From an uncultured delta proteobacterium (GTDB lineage: Bacteria; Desulfobacterota; BSN033; UBA1163), in NCBI GenBank assembly GCA_963708295.1, contig CAVPSJ010000008.1:90661-122660 (forward strand): 32,000 bases of DNA. The letters are read 5' to 3'. The position numbers and the translations under genes are program-made. This document shows positions 9,160-16,753 of the stretch, one piece after another. The notes beneath the pieces were generated by a model, which was not told where the DNA came from, did not search any database, and saw only the letters and a list, made by a program, of their open reading frames with translations. Position 1 is the first letter of the stretch; every line of letters begins with the position of its first letter.

Positions 9160-10353
9160 ATGGAGGATCCAAAAGAGAGACTGACGACGAGTATTTCGAC
9201 TGCCGAGCTTGAGCGGAGATGGAAAGCTGCACGAGAGATGATGCGTGCAAAGAAGATTGATTTCTTGGTGATGAGGCAGGATGAAGAATTCCTGGGCGGT
9301 TATGTGAAGTGGTTTAGCGATTTTTCTGCCCGTCACAGCTATCCGTTTACGGTCATCTTTCCCGTGGACGAGGAGATGACCTTTATCACCTGCGGAGGGT
9401 TTCCTCCGGCCGAGCCCGGGTTCCCTCCCCAGTGGGCCGTGCGTGGGGTAAAGAAGAGATTGGGAGCTCCTTACTTTGAGTCGGTTCACTACACCAGCAC
9501 TTATGACGCAGAATTAGCCGTGGGAGTGTTGAAAGAGAAGAAGCAGGCAACGGTCGGATGGCTGGGAAAGTCGTATATCCCCATTACTTTTTATGAATAT
9601 TTGAGAAAGCATCTGCCGGGGCGGAAGTTTGTGGACGCCACGGATGAGATCGATCAGATCAAGGTCATTAAGAGCGCAGAGGAGATTGAGCTGATTAAAG
9701 GCACCGCGGCGCTTCAAGATGTGGCCATGGAGCACGTGCGAAAGTCCATCCGTCCGGGACGGAGAACTTTTGAGATGTTGGCGGAAGCCCAGTATTCCTG
9801 CGTGATGCAGGGGAGTGAACGCCAGCTGATCTTAGTCAATTCCGGCCCTCCCGGGATGCCGGTCCCGTTTGTTTTCCGTCGTTTTCAAAACAGGGTCATC
9901 AGAGAGGGAGATCAGTTTTCAATCCTGCTCGAGGTGAATGGGCCTGGAGGTTTTTATACAGAATTAGGTCGTATTTTTTCGCTCGGAAAGCCTCCGCAAG
10001 CCTTGCAGGATGCGTATGGGGTCGCTCGCGAAGCTCAGGAAGTAACGCTTAAATTGTTAAAACCCGGGGCGAGCCCGAAAGATATCTCGGATGCCAATAA
10101 TGATTTTCTGGAGAAGAGGGGATATTTGCCCGAGAAGCGACTTTATGCGCACGGCCAGGGGTACGACCTGGTAGAGAGGCCCCTGATTCGGCATGACGAG
10201 CCGATGAAGATTCAAGCGGGGATGAATTTAACCATTCACCCGGGGGCGACGAATTCGACGGTATGGGCCACGGTTTGTGACAACTACCTGGTTACCGAGA
10301 CAGGGGTGAGCCCGTGCCTTCATAAGACCCCGAAAGAAATAATCGTAGTCTAG
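9160..10353 (+). CDS. M24 family metallopeptidase (Xaa-Pro dipeptidase/creatinase-like)
   Basis: ATG 9160 follows AAAGGAG; the track ORF starts at 9094. The layout is a creatinase/prolidase-type N-terminal domain followed by a pita-bread domain (IKSAEEIELIKGTAALQDVAMEHV..., LYAHGQGYDLVERP, NLTIHPG). Confidence 0.75.
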   Translation: MEDPKERLTTSISTAELERRWKAAREMMRAKKIDFLVMRQDEEFLGGYVKWFSDFSARHSYPFTVIFPVDEEMTFITCGGFPPAEPGFPPQWAVRGVKKRLGAPYFESVHYTSTYDAELAVGVLKEKKQATVGWLGKSYIPITFYEYLRKHLPGRKFVDATDEIDQIKVIKSAEEIELIKGTAALQDVAMEHVRKSIRPGRRTFEMLAEAQYSCVMQGSERQLILVNSGPPGMPVPFVFRRFQNRVIREGDQFSILLEVNGPGGFYTELGRIFSLGKPPQALQDAYGVAREAQEVTLKLLKPGASPKDISDANNDFLEKRGYLPEKRLYAHGQGYDLVERPLIRHDEPMKIQAGMNLTIHPGATNSTVWATVCDNYLVTETGVSPCLHKTPKEIIVV

Positions 10354-10359
10354 CAGGCC

Positions 10360-10499
10360 GCTGAAAAACGCCCATCTGCGGCGTCTCCCTCATCCTTCGT
10401 CGTTGCGGCGTACCGCGAAGTACGCCTCACTTCTCAGGATTTCGGGCGCCTTGCATCTGGGCATTTTTGAGCAGCCTTCGAAAAGTGATTTTTTTCAGC
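10360..10499 (+). repeat. MITE-like intergenic element, copy 1 (140 nt)
   Basis: Terminal inverted repeats GCTGAAAAA (10360-10368) and TTTTTCAGC (10491-10499). Internal hairpin GGCGTAC-cgcgaa-GTACGCC. It aligns along its whole length with 26807-27002. Confidence 0.8.
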
Positions 10500-10530
10500 A
10501 GGTTGGTAAAATTACGGGAGGAGATCGCAC

Positions 10531-11463
10531 ATGAAATTGGTGATACTGGAACAGAGAGCCGAGGCATACAAGAAGGCGTTGAGCCCCAAGTTTCCTGAGG
10601 TGACCATTCACGCAGCCGCCCAGGAGGCTGAGGTTGGAAAATTTATCGAGGAGACGGATGTTTTGTTGACGATACGCATTTCGGACGATCTCCTCAAGAA
10701 GGCCACAAAACTCAAATGGATTCATGCCCTCACGACGGGGGTCGACTATCTTGTCAATCTCCCTTCGCTGAGGAAAGAGGTTATCCTCACTTCTACCCGG
10801 GGTATTCACGGTCCCCAGGTTTCGGAAATGGCCTTCCTTCTGATGCTTGCTTTAAGCAGGAATTTTCCTGAAGTCGTTCGCAACCAGGATAAGGGCCTAT
10901 GGGAGCGTTGGGCCGGAAAACTTCTTTGGAAGAAAAAGGTAGGAATCCTTGGGGTAGGAGTGATCGGGGAGGAGATTGCTCGGAAGTGTAAGGTCTTTGG
11001 GATGGAGGTCTTCGGGATCGATATCATCAAGAGAAAACTGGACTGCATCGATGCTTTCTATGGGCCTGAGGATATGGTCAAGGTGGCAAAAGAGGTGGAC
11101 TATCTGGTAATCGTGGCTCCCAATACACCTGAGACGGAAAAGATCATAGACTCGAAAGTCCTTTCGGCCATGAAACCGACTGCCTTTTTGCTCAACCTGG
11201 GGAGAGGAGAACTCGTGGACGAGGAAGCATTGATTCGTGTCCTGAAGTCAGGGAAGATCGCCGGTGCAGGTCTGGATACCTACTGGAAGGAACCGCTGCC
11301 CAAAGAGCATCCGTTCTGGGGAATGAAGAATGTGATCGTCAGCCCCCACGTGGCGGGAATGAGCGATATCTACGTGGAACAGGCTCTGACGATTTTCGAA
11401 GAGAACCTTCGCCGGTTCATCAAAGGGGAAAAGCAAAACTTGCTTAATGTTGTGAAGGGGTAA
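10531..11463 (+). CDS. D-isomer-specific 2-hydroxyacid dehydrogenase family, NAD-binding
   Basis: ATG follows GGGAGGAG. Motifs GILGVGVIGEEIARK (GxGxxG), LLNLGRGELVDEEAL and SPHVAGMS are present. Confidence 0.85.
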   Translation: MKLVILEQRAEAYKKALSPKFPEVTIHAAAQEAEVGKFIEETDVLLTIRISDDLLKKATKLKWIHALTTGVDYLVNLPSLRKEVILTSTRGIHGPQVSEMAFLLMLALSRNFPEVVRNQDKGLWERWAGKLLWKKKVGILGVGVIGEEIARKCKVFGMEVFGIDIIKRKLDCIDAFYGPEDMVKVAKEVDYLVIVAPNTPETEKIIDSKVLSAMKPTAFLLNLGRGELVDEEALIRVLKSGKIAGAGLDTYWKEPLPKEHPFWGMKNVIVSPHVAGMSDIYVEQALTIFEENLRRFIKGEKQNLLNVVKG

Positions 11464-11480
11464 AGGGAGGGAGAGAAGAG

Positions 11481-11939
11481 TTGGTTGAGGAGAGGATTAA
11501 GGACGCGACAAAGATTCTGAATCTTCTAAGGTCCATGGCGGGCTACAAACCCCATTTTGAGATCCTCGGAAATTACCGTCTGATTGACGATGGCGTCCGA
11601 CCCGAGGCGACCATTATGCTCCGGGCCAACGGGAAGGAGATGCACGAGGCAGAGACAGGGGTGGGGCCGGTCGATGCCCTCGCGAAGGTGTTGAAGAAAT
11701 CGTTGAAATCGATTTTCCCTGAGATTGATCAGGTGAAACTGATCGACTTCAGCTCCAGAATCTTCGACCCAGGGGCTGGAACCGCAGCAGGAGTGGAGGT
11801 CGAGATTTTGTTCAGCAACAGTCAGGACGCATGGAGAGTGAAGGCTTTTTCAGAGAATATTAATAAGGCCTCTTTTCTGGCGTTAGTGGATGGGTTTGAG
11901 TATGGAATCTATGTCTCAAGAGAGAAGAAGGACGGGTAA
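11481..11939 (+). CDS. Stand-alone LeuA-type allosteric/dimerisation domain protein
   Basis: TTG start 17 nt after the dehydrogenase stop, preceded by GGGAGGGAGAG. The context ...EAETGVGPVDALAKVLKKSL... resembles the GNGPVDA core of the isopropylmalate/citramalate synthase C-terminal regulatory domain. No catalytic TIM-barrel part is present. Confidence 0.55.
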   Translation: MVEERIKDATKILNLLRSMAGYKPHFEILGNYRLIDDGVRPEATIMLRANGKEMHEAETGVGPVDALAKVLKKSLKSIFPEIDQVKLIDFSSRIFDPGAGTAAGVEVEILFSNSQDAWRVKAFSENINKASFLALVDGFEYGIYVSREKKDG

Positions 11940-11940
11940 C

Positions 11941-12085
11941 GCAATTTCAAATGTCAAAATCCCTGCCTTCGCCGAAGCGGCTTCGCGCAGGCAGGCAAAT
12001 GCCAAATTAGATCCAAAGCCCCCAAATGACAAGCAAACCAAATTTCTTGAACTTTAAACTTTGACATCTGGCATTCGGCCAAATA
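11941..12085. repeat. Imperfect palindrome / k-mer element (locus L6) with a central GC hairpin
   Basis: CCTGCC..CGAAG-cgg-CTTCG..GGCAGG hairpin at about 11962-11997. It is flanked by CAAATGTCAAAA / CAAATGCCAAAT on the left and TTTGACATCTGGCATT on the right. Confidence 0.45.
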
Positions 12086-12099
12086 ATCGGAGGAATAGG

Positions 12100-12276
12100 A
12101 TGGATCGTAAGAGCATAGAGGAGGCCATTAAGGAAAAGGCCAAGGATGGAAAACTTCCTTGTGCCGTGTGCTTCAAAATAGCTGAAGAATTTGGCATTTC
12201 GAATAAGGAAATGGGAAAGATCCTGAATGAGATGAAGGTTAAAATCGGCCACTGTCAGTTGGGCTGCTTTGAATGA
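12100..12276 (+). CDS. Small (58 aa) protein with CxxC ... CxxxC motifs, unknown function
   Basis: ATG 12100 lies 7 nt after GGAGG. Sequence: MDRKSIEEAIKEKAKDGKLPCAVCFKIAEEFGISNKEMGKILNEMKVKIGHCQLGCFE. Confidence 0.6.
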   Translation: MDRKSIEEAIKEKAKDGKLPCAVCFKIAEEFGISNKEMGKILNEMKVKIGHCQLGCFE

Positions 12277-12285
12277 TTTTTCTGC

Positions 12286-12313
12286 TTGACATGGGTAATC
12301 ATTTGAATATAAT
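12286..12313 (+). promoter_or_regulatory. Near-consensus sigma70 promoter of cstA
   Basis: TTGACA (12286-12291), a 16-nt spacer, then TATAAT (12308-12313). It is followed by a ~130-nt leader. Confidence 0.6.
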
Positions 12314-12448
12314 GATCGGGACTTAGAATGAATAATTCACTCAGAGCAAAAATAAAAGGAGGTGAATGGTTCATTATTGAAGCGAAAAGGGTGGGGGGAA
12401 TTCATTACTATCTCGTAGGTGATTTTATCACCACAAGGAGGTAACATT

Positions 12449-14134
12449 ATGAATTCAGTTGTTGTTTTGATCATCGGGTTTCTCGTTTTTTTCATCGGTT
12501 ATCGTTTCTATTCGAAGTACGTTGATACGAAAATTGTTAAATCTGACCCGAAGAGGGCCACTCCGGCCAAGATGTATATGGATGGAGTCGAATTCATGCC
12601 CACCAGCAAGAACATCCTCTTCGGCTACCAGTTCAAATCGATTGCTGGCGCAGCCCCGGTGATCGGACCCATCCTTGCGATCCAATGGGGATGGCTCCCT
12701 TGTTTGTTATGGCTCTGCCTTGGCGCGTTGTTCATTGGATGGGTTCATGATTACTCGAGCGCTGTCGTAGCCATGCGAAATGAAGGAGCTTCCTTCGGGG
12801 GGTTGAGTTACAAATTAATCTCGCCGAGAGCTCGGGTTATTCTCCTCTCCTTTATCTATTTCTTTCTGCTTCTCATCGCCGGCGCCTTTGGAGCGATCGT
12901 TGTCAACGCAGCCACCGGGCAGAAAAGTGCTCCCATGGCCTGGCTCCTTCTCACCATCGGTGGCGTTCTTGCTGGACAGATGATCTATCGATGGAAGAAA
13001 GACATCGTTCTGACTACCATTATCTGTGTCGTTATTGCGTTGCTGGGGATCTATCTTGGAACAGTTGCTCCTTCTAACAGTATCCTTGGAAGTGCAATTG
13101 CCGGCGACAAATATGTATGGGGCATTGTTGCGCTTGTCTTCTGCTACTTCGCTGCGGTCTTACCGATCTGGAGATTTGCCCTTCCCATTAACTATGTCGC
13201 CTCCTATATCGTTTTCCTCGGTCTCTTATTCGGGATCATTGGAGTATTTGTCCTCCATCCCGATTTTACACTGCCTGCTTATACAGGTTTCAATATCAAA
13301 ATCGGACCTCTCTGGCCGATCCTGTTTGTGACGATCGCTTGCGGAGCAATCTCTGGATGGCACAGTATCGTTTCCAGTTCGGGAACAGCCAGGCAATTAG
13401 AGTTCGAACCGGATGCCCGTCCAGTAGGGGGCGGTGTGATGTTTGTGGAAATGATGCTGGGTTTGTTCGCCCTGGTCATTGCCGGAACGATTTTTGCTTC
13501 GCCTTCCGAATATTCAGCAGCGATAGTAAAAGGGCCCATTCCCGTATTCGCAGCGGGAGTGTCCAAATTCTTAGGTGCGTTGGGGATGCCTGCTGCAATA
13601 GGAAGTTCCTACGGCGCAGTCATGTTAATCATCCTGGCAGTCACCATCCTTCAACTGGTTATCCGGTTTATGCGAGTGGCCACATCAGAGATTTTGGGGG
13701 ATATTAGCCCCATCTTTAAGAATGTCCATGTCGGAACCACTATCGCCAGCGTTCTCACACTGCTCCTGATCTGGACAGGATGGTGGCAATATCTCTGGGT
13801 CCTTTTTGGAGGAGCCAACCAGTTGATGGCCTCCCTGGCTCTGATGCTGATGACCCTGTGGTTGATGTCGCAGGGGAAATCCTACAAATGGACCTTTTAC
13901 CCGATGATTTTTATGTTTGTTACGACAATCGCCGCCCTGGTGGTTACCTCTTATAGACTTTTCACCGCTGTGTTTACAGGTGCGGTGAAGGGAGAGGCGT
14001 ATGTCGGGAACATACTGATGGGCTTGGTTGGGATCTTCCTCATCATTGCTGCACTCATTCTGGGAGCGGAAGGATTAAAGGCTTTTGGTCGTTATAAGGC
14101 TGTAAGGGCGGAAGGAGCCCCTGCCAAAGCATGA
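12449..14134 (+). CDS. cstA: Carbon starvation protein A (CstA family peptide/pyruvate transporter)
   Basis: ATG 12449 follows AAGGAGG. Polytopic membrane protein with the hallmark FGYQFKSIAGAAPVIGPILAIQWGWLPCLLWLCLGALFIGWVHDY. Confidence 0.9.
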   Translation: MNSVVVLIIGFLVFFIGYRFYSKYVDTKIVKSDPKRATPAKMYMDGVEFMPTSKNILFGYQFKSIAGAAPVIGPILAIQWGWLPCLLWLCLGALFIGWVHDYSSAVVAMRNEGASFGGLSYKLISPRARVILLSFIYFFLLLIAGAFGAIVVNAATGQKSAPMAWLLLTIGGVLAGQMIYRWKKDIVLTTIICVVIALLGIYLGTVAPSNSILGSAIAGDKYVWGIVALVFCYFAAVLPIWRFALPINYVASYIVFLGLLFGIIGVFVLHPDFTLPAYTGFNIKIGPLWPILFVTIACGAISGWHSIVSSSGTARQLEFEPDARPVGGGVMFVEMMLGLFALVIAGTIFASPSEYSAAIVKGPIPVFAAGVSKFLGALGMPAAIGSSYGAVMLIILAVTILQLVIRFMRVATSEILGDISPIFKNVHVGTTIASVLTLLLIWTGWWQYLWVLFGGANQLMASLALMLMTLWLMSQGKSYKWTFYPMIFMFVTTIAALVVTSYRLFTAVFTGAVKGEAYVGNILMGLVGIFLIIAALILGAEGLKAFGRYKAVRAEGAPAKA

Positions 14135-14237
14135 GTTTTAGGCCCCGGGAGTAGGAGGAGGCGACTCCCCAATTCCAAGTGAATACCCTCCCGCTGGATG
14201 CCTGCCTGCCGGTAGGGCGGGTGAGGGTGGCTTTCAA

Positions 14238-14289
14238 ATCCCCCCATCCCCCCTTTTTCTAAAGGGGGGTGAGGGGGGATTAATTTTTT
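14238..14289 (+). terminator. G6/C6 hairpin plus T-run (intrinsic-terminator-like) after cstA
   Basis: ATCCCCCCATCCCCCCTTT (14238-14256), a loop, then AAAGGGGGGTGAGGGGGGAT (14261-14280), followed by TAATTTTTT. Confidence 0.55.
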
Positions 14290-14308
14290 CATAAGGAGAG
14301 ATTTCTTT

Positions 14309-14581
14309 ATGGCAAAAGAGGAGAAGAAGAAAGGGGGGCTTCTGCAAGCGGTTAGAGAGTTTGTTTACGGGGTGGCGGCTCACGATTCAGCACGATTTGC
14401 TATGAAGACAAGGGCGAGCATGGAGCATCTCTTCATCCTCATCACTATGGGAGATATGCTGGGTGTTCCAATCCTGCCACCTTACTACTCCCTGCGGCTA
14501 TTACCTTATGTGGTTCCTCAGATCTCCACCTGGAAACGGAGGATGCTGAGGGAAAAAGATTTTACGGATGCGCTGGCCTAA
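14309..14581 (+). CDS. 90-aa hypothetical protein, first gene of the ArsA-like module
   Basis: ATG follows AAGGAGAG. The sequence starts MAKEEKKKGG.... The middle is a Pro/Leu-rich hydrophobic stretch, HLFILITMGDMLGVPILPPYYSLRLLPYVVPQI. The tail WKRRMLREKDFTDALA is charged. Confidence 0.6.
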   Translation: MAKEEKKKGGLLQAVREFVYGVAAHDSARFAMKTRASMEHLFILITMGDMLGVPILPPYYSLRLLPYVVPQISTWKRRMLREKDFTDALA

Positions 14582-14584
14582 GAA

Positions 14585-14716
14585 GGCAAATTCGAGATTC
14601 GAAATCCGAAGCACGAAACAAATTCAAATTTCGAAATATCGAAGACGGTTTAGATCATTTGAATTCTAGCCGACTGAGTTTGTTTCGGGTTTCGAGATTC
14701 GATATTCGGATTTTTA
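14585..14716. repeat. Imperfect palindrome of CGAAAT/TTCGAG k-mers (locus L2)
   Basis: AAATCCGAA (14602-14610) pairs with TTCGGATTT (14706-14714). CGAAACAAA (14614-14622) pairs with TTTGTTTCG (14679-14687). The centre TCATTTGAATTCTAG (14655-14669) resembles the centre of L3. Confidence 0.6.
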
Positions 14717-14732
14717 GTTTTTAAAGAAAGGG

Positions 14733-15714
14733 GTGATTGACATTCCATTAGCTGACATATTTGATAAATTTCCGGATCGACGATACATCATGTTTGGCGG
14801 AAAAGGAGGACTTGGGAAAACCACCTTTTCAGCAGCGACAGCCTATTATTTGGCCAAAAAAGGGAAAAAGGTCCTGGTCTTTTCTGTTGACCCGCAGGCC
14901 TCGCTTACCGATATCTTCAAAAAGGATATTTTCGGAAAGGGGCCCACGGAGATCATGCCCAACCTTTATGCCCAGGAGATCGATGCCGACCGCCGGGTAA
15001 AGGAATATCAACAGGAAATTCGGCGTAAGATTCTGGACATGTACGGAATGGAAAAGATTCCCGGAGGAGATTGAGAGTTACATCCAGGCTGCGGCGGCCG
15101 AACCCGCCATGGAAGAAAGCGCCATTTTTGATGAGGTGGTGGATATTGTCATCAAGGGCGGCTACGACTACTATATTTATGACCTGGTTCCGTTGGGTCA
15201 TGCCCTTTACTATCTCAGCATGGCCTCCGTCTACGATGCCTGGATCAGTAAGATTACGGGCCTCCGGGAGCAGATGCGAGAATATGATCAGGCGGCGGCG
15301 GTGATGAAGCGGGAGAAAGAGTTGGATGAAGATGCGATCTTGAACGAACTGCTGTACATTAAAGATCGTATCAACAAGTCCTCAAGCATCCTGACCGATA
15401 AGCAGAAGACAGCCTTCTTTTTTGTTTTGACGGCCGAGGAGATGATCATCAAGGACACTTTAAAAGCAGCGGAACTTTTTGCCAAATTTGATGTTCCCTT
15501 GAGCGGTTACATCATCAACCGGGTCTTGCCTGTCGGTTTGGCGAGCCAGAATATTCCAGAATATTTGAAAAACCGTCTGACCATGCAGGAACATTATCTG
15601 AAGGTGATTGATACGACCTTTGGAAAAGAGATTATGGCATCCGTTCCTGAAATGGAGCGAGATGTGACCGGTCTACCCATGATCGAAAAGATGGCGAAGG
15701 CCATGTTTGGATGA
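14733..15714 (+). CDS. ArsA/Get3 (TRC40)-family P-loop ATPase, half-size, copy 1; reading frame broken by one extra base in CCC 15060-15062
   Basis: GTG 14733. Deviant Walker A FGGKGGLGKTT. ...MYGMEKIP continues as EEIESYIQAAAAEPAMEESAIFDEVV... in the +1 frame (track ORFs 14733..15074 and 15109..15714). The switch II signature is degenerate (YDLVPLGHALYYL). The protein has no cysteine. Confidence 0.8.
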
Positions 15715-15768
15715 ATCGGCGGATCACTGAAAGTTGAACGCTTAAAACTGGATACAAGGAGCACTCAC

Positions 15769-16753
15769 GTGAATCAAATAACGACCAGCATGGAAAAATT
15801 CATGAGGGAGCACCCCCGGTTGAAGTATATCTTTTTTGGGGGGAAGGGAGGGGTCGGAAAAACCGTTATGGCGGGGGCAGCTGCGTTGTGGTCGGCCAAA
15901 CAAGGAAGAAAGACACTGCTCGCCTCGACCAACCCGGTTCATAGCCTTTCCACCCTGTTAGAAAAGGATGTCTTTGGAAAAGCGGCCGTCGTCTGCAACG
16001 AAGACAAGTGTTACGCCTTTGAAATTGACACGCGAGATACGATCGAACGCTCAAAACAAGAAATCCGTGAAAAGATCAATTGGTTTCTCAAATTTGCGGA
16101 CATCACGACGAAGGCAGAAGATTTTATCGAATCCGCCACCATGAATCCTGCCTTTGAAGAGTCGGCTATGTTTGAAAATATGGTGGATCTCATGTTCAAG
16201 GATGAATATGATTTTTACGTCTTCGATACTGCTCCTACAGCGAATGCAAGACGCTTGCTCGGGATGTCGAAGGTCTATTCCCTCTGGGTGGAGAAGATGC
16301 TGAAGAGTCGGGAGGAAGCGAAATCGCTAAGAGAGATACTTTCCTTCTCGAAAAAAGAAAAAAAAGGATCCCCTCCTGGACTACCTCCTAAGTTTCAAGG
16401 ATCGAATGTCCCATGCGAAAGACCTCCTGACCGATGAGGCCCTCACCGCTTTCTTTTTTGTCACCCTCCCCGAAAGCCTCCCGATCGCTGTCATCACCCG
16501 CTTCATCAACTGGTTCCACGAATTTGGCATTCCCGTCGGCGGTGTGGTCGTCAATGGAGTCATCCAGAAGGATCAAGTGGGAAAAGATGCTGCCGAGTTC
16601 GTCCGCAACCGAGTCCAGATGCAAGATGAACATATGGGAGAGATCTGGAAGATATTCGGAGACAGGGTGAGGGCAATCGTTCCCCTTTTTGAAACGGAGG
16701 TGAAGGGGGCGAAGATGCTAAATCGAACGGTTGAACATCTTTTTACGCCCTGA
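15769..16753 (+). CDS. ArsA/Get3 (TRC40)-family P-loop ATPase, half-size, copy 2; reading frame broken in the A8 run 16358-16365
   Basis: GTG 15769 lies 7 nt after AAGGAG. Walker A FGGKGGVGKTV. Signature FDTAPTANARRLL. ...LSFSKKEKK continues as DPLLDYLLSFKDRMSHAKDLLTDEALTAFFFVTLPE... in the +1 frame (track ORFs 15769..16437 and 16406..16753). Confidence 0.8.

Noticed and set aside
12366-12380. Four-codon uORF (MVHY-stop) in the cstA leader after AAGGAGGTGA
   Set aside because: The SD-to-ATG spacing is only about 3 nt. The AAGGAGG there is more likely an RNA-structure or protein-binding element than a ribosome-binding site.
14092-14292. Minus-strand ORF (66 aa, ...PPHPPLEKGGMGGFES...)
   Set aside because: It is simply the translation of the G6/C6 hairpin and the cstA 3' end.
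14733-16753. Interpretation as an arsenical resistance (ars) operon
   Set aside because: There is no arsR, arsB/acr3, arsC or arsD. Copy 1 has no cysteine. The DTAPTGHT signature is degenerate in both copies.
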